DNA from: Azolla caroliniana | Taxonomy: Eukaryota; Plantae; Polypodiophyta | NCBI GenBank assembly: GCA_043228905.1 | Contig: JBHGNT010000001.1 | Location: 12,958,001-13,022,000 of the forward strand | Direction: 5' to 3' | Length of the DNA stretch: 64,000 nt | Shown here: one piece after another, positions 1 to 11,775 of the stretch | Layout: the number at the start of each line of letters is the position of its first letter | Numbering within the stretch: position 1 is the stretch's first letter | Program-made: the position numbers and the translations under genes | The notes under the pieces: generated by a model | What the model was told of the DNA's origin: nothing | The model's database searches: none | The model's input: only the letters and a program-made list of their open reading frames with translations

Positions 1-1576
1 TTCTCAAGCTTTCCTTTGCTCGGCGGAGGTTGTCGACCGTTCTCCTTTGTTCCTCCTCCGCCGCTTTTTTCAATTCTCATTCCTTGGCTCGCAAGGCTTC
101 TTGTGCTGCTAGGTCCTCCCTTAGTGTGGTGAGCTCCTGTGCTGACGATTCATGAGTATTTGGGCCTGCCGCCGTCACCGGGGTTTGATCGTTCTGTTGA
201 GTTACCAGGGCCACTGGTTTTGATTGTTGTGGTCCTTCTATGACCAAATTGGCCATTTCTATTATGGCCTTCTCTATGTCTTCTTCCACGCTCCAGATTC
301 TTGACCGGGCCATCTCTAATTCCTCGGTTGTGGCTAGCAACTGGGCTTCCTGCGCTTTCTCTTCCGCTTCTAACTGGCAGACAACACCAGTCACTTGTTC
401 TGCCACCCATCGGAGCCATCGACTGCCGGTGCCTTGTGGTCGTGCCGGTTCTGGTCGTGGGATGGCGTTTTCACTGGTCACGAGCCTACCATTGACGGTT
501 ACGTCAAACGGCCGCTCTGGTTTTGGCTGTTGCTGTTGCGGCGGTGATGCCAACAATTCAATGACCGGTTCTTGATCCACCGGTACTACCGTGTCCTGGA
601 CCGCTGGTTCCACGATGTCCTGCCGCAACACTTGCTCTGTCCCCAATTCTTGTTGAGCCAATTCTGCCGCCTTCCTCGGCTGTGGTTCCTCAAGGAGGGG
701 TTCCCATATCCTGCCCTCCGTTAGCCTTAATGTCCCCCCTTTGTGGCCCTTTTCACTTGTCTGGCAATGCCGTAACAGCATCTCGGTCGGCTCGTCTTCC
801 TACTGGTCTTCTTCCAGGGTCTCGTTGTTGATTAACGCCGCCAAGGGGTCCTGCCCCTACGTTTTCTCCGGTTGTTGTTCCGACATGCGCAACTTGATTT
901 TCAATGGTTTCCCCGAGGTGTCCACCGATGCCTCCTTCTCTGCCAATCGCTTCCGATTAGGCCGTTCCTTCACTTGGGTAGCTAGGAGTTGCTGCCGTTT
1001 TGAAGCTGCTTTGGGGGTCGATTTTGTCGGTCTTCCCCTCTTTCTTTGTTTCATGAGCTCCATCGGTGGTGCTAACAAAGTGAGCCATTGCACGACTACT
1101 GTCCACATCTTTTTGCCATCTTTTATGGAGACGATGGCAACACTCAAGCCGTCGACAATCATTACCGACCAATCCACCTGTACTCCCTCATAGGTGGCAA
1201 TGATCAAACCGACTCTATTCCTAGGCATCGCCGGTGGTCGGAGGTATACATGGCCATACTCGTGGACTACCCGAGCAATTTCCCGAAATAAGAGGTCTCC
1301 ACCGCCTTGCGTGCGGTACGCCTTGCTGACCAGGGAGTATTCCCCAAAATACCTGGTTAGCAGATCCTGCGAAGGGTTGTCGATCGAGTAGATTCCCCCT
1401 TCTGGTAGGCCGGTCATGGCTCGGATGGCTTCCTCGGTGATGACCTCTGTGTCGATGTCTTTAACGACATTTTCCGCATCTCCGTGTAGCGGTGCTTCGA
1501 CTATTCGCAAGAATCCCTCTAGACCGTGTTGCTTCAGCCATTTCTTAGCCGCTTCTAAGAGTACCATGCATTCCAT
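1..1576 (-). pseudogene. Extra ORF 3' of pol in G1 (globular N-terminus, basic linker, coiled-coil-like C-terminus), broken by in-frame stops
   Basis: ORFs 857..1792 and 77..781 share a frame, separated by TAG at 857-859 and 800-802; TGA at 77-79. All three stops are explicable as C>T from CAG/CGA. Confidence 0.65.
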
Positions 1577-2029
1577 GTCGTCTTCAGAGTCGGTAGGTTG
1601 TGGTAAGATGGGTGCGCTTGCGTGGTCTGCGTGGTCTCGCCTGATCACTCGTAATCGCCTGTGGACGCCGAGATCTCTGTGTTCGCGAAATGAAAGGGAC
1701 TCTACGCGGTGCCGTGATGTGGCGTGCTCGAGAGTGGGAAAAACCGACGAAAGGGGGGTCAAAATGTGCATGTGCAATGTGTGTGCACACAAAGGCGATT
1801 AATTGTGCATATGCAAAATAAAAAGGAAAAGAAAGGGTGGAAAGGAGGTATAGAAGCTCGTGCAAAAAGTAAGAGAGAGGAGAGATAAAAGGTAGAGGGG
1901 AGACAGGCTAAGAATTTATAGAGATAGAATTATATACTATGAAAGAGAGAGTTAGTGGGCTAGTGGATAGTCACATTGACTACTAGCTAGAGGTGCACGG
2001 TTTGAATCTAGACTTATAGTGCAGCGTGA

Positions 2030-3360
2030 TTTAAGGAATTTTATTCCTTTTTCGTTGAAGACAAATTTGGCGACCCCCTCTTCTTTTTTTCCTATAAAAG
2101 GAGGTCGAGGGGGGCTCATTCGGGAGGACGTTTTGGGAGGAGGAGACTATCGCCAATTTTCCTTCAAAGCTCTTCATCTTCTTATTCACCACTTCTCTTC
2201 ATCTCATACCCCTTCATCCGCCCATTGCCACGTGCTCGTCTTCTTCGCGTCGGCACTCGAAGTGCTCGTGAGCCCAAGCTTTGTTGGTTCGACGTTGCTC
2301 CGCCCTGTTCGCCGTTGCAAGCCCGTGTGCTCGTCGTTTGGGTGGTCGTGGTTTGTTTGGATTGGCATTTTGCTGGTGCTCGTGTGTTCATCTTCATCGT
2401 GTTCGGATTTGCTTTTGTCTCTAAGGGCATTTAATATTTATGTTTTGATTGAGCTTGTGGTTAACTATATGTTGCCATTGTAAACAAAACCCTATTTTAT
2501 AAAGGGTCCTCTTGTGTTGGAATCGAACCCGTATTTATCTCTTTGGTCGATATCATTCATGTTTCTTTCTCTCCTTCTTTCTTTATTCGTGTCTTCCTTG
2601 TACGTTTGGTCGTCTTGTGACGAGGGAGCGTTTCGGGCGTGCCCATGCACCTCTCCTCCTCATAAAGACGTACGAGCATTTTTGCGTGTGTTTGTGTCTT
2701 CCGTGTACGTTCGGCCGTCTTGTGACGAGGGACCGTTTCGGGCTTGCCCATGCACCTCTCCTCCTCATAAAGGCGTAAGAGCATTTTGTGCGTATGTTTG
2801 TGTCTTCCTTGTACGTTCGGTCGTCTCGTGACGAGGGAGCGTTCGGGCTTGCCCATGCACCTCTCCTCCTCATAAAGGCGTACGAGCATTTTGTGTGTGT
2901 GTTTGTGTCTTCCTTGTACGTTCAACCGTCTTGTGACAAGGGGGCGTTTTGGGCGTGCCCATGCACCTCTCCTCCTCATAAAGGCATACAAGCATTTGTG
3001 CATGTGTTTTGTGTCTTCCTCGTACGTTCGACGTCTTGTGACGAGGGAGCGTTCAGGCGTGCCCATGCACCTCTCCTCCTCATAAAGACGTCCCCTTGTG
3101 CGTTCATGTTGCGTGCTCATCTTGCTTGTACCCGTTTGTTCACTTGGCTCGTGCGGTGATCTCGAAAGGTTGACGAGTCGTGATCAATGAGAGCCATCGG
3201 CCTCACAAAACAAAGGGCAAGGAGACCTTGCTCGGGAAGGGGTCGGGAAGTAGTATTTTCGTAAAGCAAACCTTGGGTCTTCTCTATCCCTTGAGTACTC
3301 CCTAGTCCAAGACCCCCATGGTCTTGCCCAAGTAACACATGTGCGCGAAACCTCGCGACA
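2030..3360 (+). mobile_element. Probable solo or truncated LTR related to the A/B gypsy group; 5' boundary uncertain
   Basis: TATA (cctataaaagg) at about 2091. The 3' part (ccctagtccaagaccccc...gcgaaacctcgcgaCA, ending 3360) matches the B LTR end (ccctagtccaagaccccc...gcgaaacttcccgaCA). No clear TG start or TSD found. Confidence 0.55.
2589..3090 (+). repeat. Tandem repeat, 105-106 bp unit, about 4.8 copies
   Basis: Units start at 2589, 2694, 2800, 2905 and 3011; shared core gcccatgcacctctcctcctcataaag. Confidence 0.95.
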
Positions 3361-3559
3361 GCGACGAAGGTTTTCTTTCTCCATGCGTGGCGCCTTTTCT
3401 TGATTCCTGCACGTGCACGTCCTGTACTAATATAGCAGTCGGTTGACACGTGGTGCGCCTGTTTTTAAAGGCTTTAATTGGCCACCCACCACACATTTTC
3501 AAAGTGCCCGTTCGCTCCTCGCCTCTACATGATGACTTTTCTTCTTCTTCTTCTTCTTC

Positions 3560-3847
3560 TTCTTTTACAGATTGAGTTTTAGTTAACCGGAAGCACCGGG
3601 TCTGTATCCCAGTTTTTCCCCATCTTCACGTTTGCCGGCCACCTGTTTGTCGTTATCCGGTAACGCCGGCTCTGCCTGCTTGTCGGGTAATTTTTTCATG
3701 CTTCCTACTATTGTATCAACCTCCGTCTACTCGAACGGATACTGTGGCATCGGTCCACAATATGGTTTGAGTCGAAACCCATTGACCCATTTGCCCATTA
3801 TCTCACCGACGAGCATTCCGAACTGGTATGAACTGTTAAATTCACGT
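3560..3847 (-). pseudogene. C-terminal end of G1 integrase
   Basis: REFNSSYQFG...VNGFRLKPY joins in frame to WTRPYWIT at 15988 onward when A is removed. Confidence 0.85.
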
Positions 3848-4416
3848 TGTCGTGAAGAAAATCGGGCATAGGCGGAATTAGAGAAAAAGGCGCATAAACC
3901 GGCTCTTACACGGATGGGCGCATGAATTAATATTTTGATATTTTGTACATGATTCATGAATGGATCGGCTGATGTAAATACTAAGTAATACACATTCATT
4001 AGGGGATTGTGCGTATCTCTGTCAGAAGGGAAAGGGAATAAAGCGATTTGACTAGGGAGAAAGGGCACCTCCTTTTGGGAACTATTTAAGGAAGAGAGAG
4101 AAGGGAGAGAAGATATCGCGCGTTGGCGAGGACGAAGTGCTACTGCAGAACCGAGTGCCGGTCTCTCTCTCTCCTCAAATCGTCGTTCTCTGCGGGTGTC
4201 GGGAGTTCGCTGCCTTTGCTTCTTGGACAACCCATGTGCTTCCAGTAGAGTCTCTCTCCTTCCCCTTTCCCCTCTTGTTTCTTTGAGTCGTGTAGCTGTC
4301 GTCGGTGTGCGTGTGTAAGACCTCGTGTCGGGTCCATTACCGGGTTGCCGGTTGTAAGCTACTGACTATAGTAATCAAATTCCTGTTTTTCTTGCTCTTA
4401 ATCTCTCTGTGTGTAC

Positions 4417-4453
<37 letters not shown>

Positions 4454-4512
4454 TGGTTCGAGACCCCCGTGGTCTCGCCTCTTTCTCCACGCACGTGCGT
4501 AACAACGTGACA
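3848..4512 (+). repeat. 5' LTR of A (665 bp, contains a CT microsatellite)
   Basis: Direct repeat of 15323-15983; TG..CA ends; followed by PBS. Confidence 0.95.
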
Positions 4513-4516
4513 TATT

Positions 4517-4534
4517 TGGTGAACCCAACGTGAA
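4517..4534 (+). promoter_or_regulatory. Primer binding site, tRNA-Trp
   Basis: tggtgaacccaacgtgaa, one mismatch to the complement of the plant tRNA-Trp 3' end (ttcacgtcgggttcacca). Confidence 0.8.
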
Positions 4535-4556
4535 AAGGCGGCAAAGGAGTCAAAAG

Positions 4557-5414
4557 ATGAGGGGATCGGAGCTAGCGGAGGCAATGGCGGTAGCCGTCGA
4601 TTGGCTAGTAAGCGTTCGTGAGGGGACGGGTACCCTCGACAGAGCCGTTGAATCGATCGTCGACACTATAGGCTGGTTCGGAGGGAAAGACGCCACAAGC
4701 TATTTGGAGGCTTACTGGGCCGAAATGGTCATGAGGGATATCCCGGTGGACAGGCGGCTGTCCGGATTCCCTTGGGTGGTGACGCCGAGCATCCACGCGG
4801 AGGTGCTGGCTGAATGCCAAACTTGGGAGGAGTTCGAGCTACGGCTCCTCAAGAAGTACGGGTTTGACGACTTGCTTCGGCTGTCGTGGCGGAACTTCAT
4901 GGCGTGGGTGGAAAGCCTTGGAAAAGGGAGGAACACGTCGGTGCTCCTCCAAGAGTTCGAAAAATGGTTCGCGCGGCTGTCGACGTTGGACCGGACAGTG
5001 CTCGAAACGAGTCGAGTACTACTGTTTGTCAAGTCGGTGGACGCGCTCGACAGGGAAAAGGTGGGTTCCCTATTAGAAACGAACGAAGGGCTCACGACAG
5101 ACTGGGCCGTGGTAAAACGTGTCTGCAGCCGTTTCGACAAATGGTGCGATTGGAGCGATGAAAGCTCGTCGGGGTCAGGGCCAGTCCCGGGGAGGAGGCT
5201 CGAGGAGCCGGTGTCGGTGCCGGCCGGTAGGAAGGAAGAGACCCGAATCTGGCCAGAGTCGGGGTTGGCATCGAATGACGTGGTCAGAGGCCCATCTGGA
5301 GGAGCTGACACAGATGGTGCGTTACCTGTAGATCGCACAGGTCCGGAGAGACAGCGGCGAACAACCTCGCGACCGGTGGCCGCTGGCTGGGCAGCGGTGC
5401 ATGTGGTGTGACGA
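4557..5414 (+). pseudogene. gag: gag of A, 5' part
   Basis: ORF right after the PBS; frameshift near 5300; ends in CMWCD, the first half of a CCHC knuckle completed at 10517 onward (AIGHIRRDC). Confidence 0.85.
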
Positions 5415-6190
5415 TGTCGTGAAGAATTTCGGCCAGAGGCGGAAACCGGGAAATATTGGCTACATCGGCGGGGTGCACCATGTGCACTCACCGTCGTATA
5501 ATTGTGTGAATAATAGGAGTTAAGTCGGGACGAAGAATCCCATGTAAATCGGGATTTATCCCACATTGTAATGCATCCCTCTCCTTGTTCTATAAAAGGA
5601 AGGGATGGTCCCTTGTAAGGGGGTTGCCCATTTTGTATTAGTAGGGTATACCGTTAGATGAAGAGACGTTCTGTCTTCCTCTTTCTCTCTTGTTTTAGGG
5701 TTTCTTCTTCTTCTTCTTCTCCTCCGTTGCTTCTTCTTCTTCGTCACTCTATGAGTCTAGCTTGTTACCTGCAAGTTCTGTTCTGCCTTGTCTGTTGTGC
5801 AAGACCCCGCTCGGCGCGACGAGCTCGTGAGCTCCCCGACCGACGGCTTGGTAGTAGACGACTGTTGTATCTTGCTTCTTGTAAATATACCTATGGAAGA
5901 TTCTACGTTTTTGGTGTCTGCGTGGGTGTTTTAGTGTTTCCGTACTTTTGTTTCTATACATAAGCGTGAGTGGGGTCGGCACTGTGAGTGTGCGTGTGTC
6001 GGCCAGGGGTGCGGCGTGTTCTTCTCTCCCTCCTTTTCGGTTGTTTCCGGTGTCCCGGAAATGGTGAATCATGACTTCCTACGCTCCGTCACTCCCTAGT
6101 CCAAGACCCCTGTGGTCCCGCCCTTCTACACGCACACGCGAAACTTCCTGACATCTTTGGTGAACCCGACGTGAAAGGCGGCAGGGGAGG

Positions 6191-7648
6191 ATGGAGTTGG
6201 ATGACGACGACCTCGCAGAGATGGTGGCCGAAGTGGTGTTGGAGTTTGCACGAGTGGTGATGAGGCGAGAAGCAGCACAACAAGCGGTTGAGCAAGTGGT
6301 CGAAAGAGTCGACCGTTTCAACGGGAACAAAGTCCCATCTTACTTGGAAGCCTACAACGCGGAAATGGAGGAGCGAGACGTGTATGAAGCGTTGAGGCTG
6401 GTGTTCTTCTGTCGGGCTGTTGCCGTCCGTATGCACGCGGAAGTGAAGGAGCTCCGAGAAGCTCGTAGTTCGTGGGAGGCCTTTGAAGAGGCACTCCTGT
6501 AGGGATATGGAGGACGGCGGAAGAGCCGGGGACGACACGACTTCGACCAGTGGGTAGCATCGGCAAAGACCCACCGGGGCGTAATGAAGGCGTTCCAAGA
6601 GTTCGAGCGACGGCTTGCTCGGCTCCCGGAGCGGGAACAAGGATTGGTGGGGGCGGACAAAGTCCTATTGTTCGTCAGATCGATCAACCGAGCAGAACGG
6701 GAGGCCATCGGGATTGAGCTCGAAGACGATGACAGAGCGAATGGGCTTACGGAGGACTGGTCGAAGGTCGGAAGGGTGTGCCAACGGCTAGACAATGAGT
6801 GAGCCGAGAAGGCTAAGAGGAAGGCACGCGACGGTGTGCCATCACAGCGGGAAGAGGCCGAACGACGAAGAGAGTCGGCAAGGGTCGGCGTTGGGGCCAG
6901 GATTGCGGAGGCGTACGCAGCTCTCGAGGCGATGCTCGAGGAAGAGGAAAGATCGAGGCCGCAAGCCGAGACTGAGGAGACGGACTTGCCCCACGCGATG
7001 ACGGAATATCGGTACGATGGTACCATGGGAGAGGGTGCAGAACAAAACGCCCTCTCGACTTGCGGAGATAGAACGGCCAAGGACGAGGCCGAGATACCGA
7101 TCGCGGGATCGGAACGTTGGAACCAGCGATGTCGAGCATGTCAGCCCGAAACCCCGGTCATTGGAGAAGCATGCTCAGACGGGGCTTGCACGATCGGTAA
7201 GGAGACGACCACCGACCACGAAGAGTCGGTGGCTACGGACAAGGGCGTAAAACGGACAAGCAATTCTTTGCGTCTTCCCACGCTTGCTCTCGAGACAACG
7301 GCAGTCGGGCCCGAGTGCCCATGTGAGTCCCAAGAGGAGGAAGGCGGCCGCGAGAGACCAAGAATCACCGGCGAGACGATACGGGGAAGGAGCGGACGAA
7401 AGCCCTCGAACCCGATTCCGAAGAACTCGGCGTTCGGGCCCTTATGCCCATGTGAGACTGAGGAGATGGATGACGGTATCGAGGAGTCCTGGCACGATGC
7501 CAGCGAAGATGGATGGGAGATGGCCCGCGAAAAGGTTGACGAAGAGACCAAGGAACGACCCGACCAGGGACCGAACCGCGCGACGCTCCGATACGGGTGG
7601 AGCGTAATCCGGTCGTGGATTGTTCGATCGGGGCCGGATTCGGCATGA
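6191..7648 (+). pseudogene. Gag-like ORF of B with long charged tail and in-frame stops
   Basis: FNGNKVPSYLEAYNAEM..VLLFVRSI..GLTEDW parallels FGGKDATSYLEAYWAEM..VLLFVKSV..GLTTDW in A. ORFs 6191-6502, 6584-6802 and 6836-7648 share one frame. Confidence 0.8.
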
Positions 7649-8074
7649 AGGGGCCGATACGGAAGAGGGCGCGGGACGAGCCACCCTCTTTTACATGGGG
7701 AGAAAGACCGACCGGGCGAAGTTCGGGAATTGGAAGGAAGGTGATCAAAGGTTCGGAACGAGTCTGGCAAGGTCGGCATCGGAGCCAAACTCCGGACATT
7801 GGAGAATCAAGCCCAGGCGGGGCTTGATTGATCACAGAGTAGATGCTATCCACCGACACCACTAAAAGGGGCGGTGGCTCGGACGAGTCGCCGAAAGACG
7901 TTGCGAAATCGGTTACGCCACATCCTATTCGGAGACTTCGGCTGTTTGGCCGACGTGGCAACGTAAGACCGAAAGAGATGGAAGATTGAGGCGGGAACGC
8001 AGCAAGGAGAGCAATGACGAGTTCGGGAGAAGTACGGGGGATGAAGAGGAGAACGAAGACCGGTCCCATGAGAT

Positions 8075-8990
8075 CTTCACACCGATCCAGCTGTCGGCCC
8101 GAGTGTCGGCGTGAGTCCTGTAGGAGAGGTCGGTGGCGACAGGAGAACGGGACCCGACAATCCGGAGAATGACGAACGGACCCAGATGAGAACCGGGCGA
8201 AGCGGACTCCCGGATAACCATTCCGGGAGGGAGGAAGAGAGCAGGCCTACGAAGAGGCCGAGAACACGGTACGTCGGTACCACGGGAGAGGGTGTGGAGC
8301 GAGCCACCCTCTCGGCTTGCGAAGGAAGGAAGACCTAGGATAAGGGTCAGAAATACGACGAGCCCGAGGAGGATCCTTCACACCGGACCCGGAGACTCCG
8401 GCGGTCGGCCTGAGAGCCGGCGTGAGACCTAGAGTGACGATCGGTGGCGGCGAGGGGACGAAGGCAAAGAACTACGGATGGGCGGTTTTGTGAAGATCCT
8501 CACGCCGATCTTGCAGTTGGCCCGAGTGCCAGTATCAGTCCTATAGGGGAGGTCGGTGGCGGTAGGTGTACGCGATCGGACGACGGAAGCAGAGAAGGAA
8601 GGTATCAGGCCGGTGAAGCGGCTACGAACCGAATCGGACCAACCAGCAAGACCACGGGCATAAGGAAGTCCAGTCCTATGGGATCCCCACACCGAACCAG
8701 AGACTCCGACAGTTCGGCCGACGTGGCAACATGAGACCAAGAGAGAAGGTTGGTGGCGGCGGGAAACGGGACCCGGTAACACGAAGGCGGGAACTGGCTA
8801 CGCGGAAGACACGAGGAGAGTCGCGAAGGACTCCGGCAAAAGACACCCGAATTTCGGCAAACAGAGAAACGGAGTCAAGTCCTATGGGACCCTCACACCG
8901 ATCCGGAGACTCCGACGGCCGGCTAACGAGAGTCGGCGTGAGACCTAGGGAGAAGGACGGTGGCGGCAGGGAACGGGACCCGACGACACG
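8075..8990 (+). repeat. Degenerate dispersed repeats inside B
   Basis: The motif cacaccga(t/a)cc...tcggcgtgag(a/t)cct...ggtcggtggcgg...aacgggacccg recurs near 8077, 8377, 8500, 8688 and 8892. Confidence 0.65.
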
Positions 8991-10516
8991 AGATAGCGGA
9001 TCGGGAGTCGTTAAGACGGGGGCGGATGAAGTGCGAAACCCTTACCGGCCGGTTGCGGTTTCTGAAGGAGCCGAGAGGGGCAAACACGGGGAGGTGTGTC
9101 GGACCGGAAAGGCACACCTGGGACGGAACAAGAGTTTTGCAAGTGGCCATCATGGGCCGGATCGAAGTGTGACTACGGGACGGTGTTTGGCACGGGCGGT
9201 GCCGAACAAAGGAAGCAAAAGACGGCACAAGGGAAGTGCCGGGAACGAGGTGAGGGGTGCATAGTGGACTGTAGAGGGTCGGAGTCAAGGGATGACAAGG
9301 GGGTCTGGAGGAGGATCCTCCACACCCGCTTCGTAGATCTCGGCAAGACAGTTAGAGTAACGAAGACTGACACAGCAAGCCTGAGATGACAAGCTAGTGG
9401 GGGCGAGGGGACGACGGCAAGCGGAAGACTCAGGACCTGTTGCAGCACAAGATGAATGGTCAACGGAGGCCAAGTGGGCCACTACGGGCGTTCCTCAAGC
9501 GGAGGACATCGGGTATACGGCGGAGAGCGGGGCGTGCATGCGGCCGAACAAGGGCTAGTGGAAGTACGAGTACTACAAAGATCATGGTAAAGGACCCATC
9601 GGCGGGTCGAACGAGCCTACGGGGAGGTAAGCGCGAAGGAAGAACTGAAGCCGACGGTTCAAATCGGCAACGAGCCGGGATGCGGATTACGGAAGACCGG
9701 TTTCTCACCGGCCAAAATCTCTCACCCTTCACCAGATTTGGCACGTACCGATGGACATGCGGTTTGGTGGGGGCGGATGTTGTGAAGAATTTTGGCCAGA
9801 GGCGGAAACCGGGAAATATTGGCTACATCGGCGGGGTGCACCATGTGCACTCACTGTCGTATAATTGTGTGAATAATAGGAGTTAAGTCGGAACGAAGAA
9901 TACCATGTAAATCGGGATTTATCCCACATTGTAACACATCCCTCTCCTTGTTCTATAAAAGGAAGGGATGGTCCCTTGTAGGGGGGTTGCCCATTTTGTA
10001 TTAGTAGGGTATACCGTTAGATGAAGAGACGTTCTCTCTTCCTCTTTCTCTCTTGTTTTAGGGTTTCTTCTTCTTCTTCTTCTTCTCCTCCGCCGCTTCT
10101 TCTTCGTCACTCTATGAGTCTAGCTTGTTACCTGCAAGTTTTGTTCTGCCTTGTCTGTTGTGCAAGACCCCGCTCGGCGCGACGAGCTCGTGAGCTCCCC
10201 GACCGACGGCTTGGCAGTAGACGACTGTTGTATCTTGCTTCTTGTAAATATACCTATGGAAGATTCTGCGTTTTTGGTGTTTGCGTGGGTGTTTTAGTGT
10301 TTCCGTACTTCTGTTTTTGTACATAAGCGTGAGTGGGGTCGGCACTGTGAGTGTGCGTGTGTCGGCCAGGGGTGCGGCGTGTTCTTCTCTCCCTCCTTTT
10401 CGGTTGTTTCCGGCATCGCGGAATTGGTGAATCACGACTTCCTACGCTCCGTCACTCCCTAGTCCAAGACCCCCGTGGTCCCGCCCTTCTACGTGCACGC
10501 GCGAAACTTCCCGACA

Positions 10517-11775
10517 ACGCGATCGGTCACATTCGGAGGGATTGCACGGATTTCGCCGACGCGCTCAGGACCAACGTGGTGTACCTCTGGAACGGGCGGG
10601 TGCACGTGAGCGAGACCTGGAGAGCGCTAGAACTGAATACGGGGTGCGGCGGAATGAAGAAGTTAATGGAAGAGGCCGCGACACGGCACGTTGAAGCCGG
10701 TAACTACTCAGTGTCGACGGGAATTCGGGTCGGGGATGATGAGACCCGGAAAGCGAAGGACTCCGGATTCTGGCCGCTAGTGCTAGAAGGCCTCTCCGGG
10801 GTTCGGCTGAAGAAGGAAGAGGCGGACCGCGTGGAACAGCGGGTCCAGGAGGTCACTGGTTGGGACGATCCGGTCGAAGAGAAAACGGGCTTTGTAGAAG
10901 CGGCTTGCCAGAACTACGAGGTTCTAGTGGAAGACAAACGGGCAGGAAAGGCCGGAGGGGTCGGTCCCCCGCATAGGTATGAGACCTGGTTCGGACCGAA
11001 ACCGACCGGTGCCGGCGACCCAGGCGCGCCAAACGGAAAGAAGCAGGCGGGGTTTCGGTTGAGCACTGAAATCGAAAGGACCATAGACCTGTGAAAGGTC
11101 CTGGAGGAACGTATCCTCGACAACAAAGTGGAGCTGTTGCTGAGGGAAGTGCTCGGGATCGCCAAGAAGGAGTTCCACGACTCCATCGTAGACTTGGTGA
11201 AGAGAAAAAGGTTGTCGACGGAGCCGGAACCGGAGAAGCCGGTGGAGGTGCAGACCACGCACTTGGAAGACACGGCCCTAGAAGACGAGTTGGCGGAAAG
11301 CCACTAGACGAAGCCACATTGGGCTAGGGCAACTACGGAAACCCCTGTACGGATCGGCAACGTTCCGGAACCGGTGGTGGCCTTGGTAGACGATGGATCC
11401 GAAATCAACCTGATGTCCATGGATTTCTACAAGAGGGGTAAATGGCCGATCAACACCAAGCATGGCTGGAAAATATGGGCAGCGACGCGCACCACGGAAG
11501 AACTACATGGAGCCTGTCCGAACGTACGGGTGAAAATCGGCGATGTCGAGATCGACCAACACTTCTTCGTGCAGGAGACGTCCTCGCATCCGGTTATACT
11601 AGGAGAGGCATACATCACGACGGCACGGATGGAGACCAAAGTGCTAGACAACGGTTCGGCCTATGCAAGAGTGTAGAGCCAGGACGAGCGTCACTCGGTC
11701 AAGTTCTTGACGGTGCGACCGAACCATGAGCGTAACTGCAAGGCCTTCGACGGCGAAACCCGAGGGGATTTTTAG
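10517..11775 (+). pseudogene. gag 3' part plus aspartic protease of A (one frame, internal stops)
   Basis: GHIRRDC knuckle end; ALVDDGSEINLM and VILGE protease motifs; stops at 11092, 11306 and 11674; terminal TAG 11773-11775. Confidence 0.85.

Larger units (their letters stand above)
5415..10516 (+). mobile_element. B: non-autonomous gag-only LTR element nested in the zinc knuckle of A
   Basis: 739-bp LTRs 5415-6153 and 9778-10516; flanks ACGA/ACGC; PBS tggtgaacccgacgtgaa 6158-6175; PPT ggtgggggcgga before 9778; no PR/RT/RH/INT motifs inside. Confidence 0.92.

Noticed and set aside
2589-3090. CRISPR-like array
   Set aside because: The whole 105-bp unit repeats, with no unique spacers and no cas genes; the context is a eukaryotic retroelement.
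4517-4534. tRNA genes at PBS sites (also 6158, 31077, 43561, 53138, 58243)
   Set aside because: Only 11-18 nt of complementarity next to LTR ends; no cloverleaf.
7141-9744. Numerous overlapping antisense ORFs (here and throughout the window)
   Set aside because: Expected shadows of GC-rich, stop-poor retroelement sequence; no recognisable motifs.
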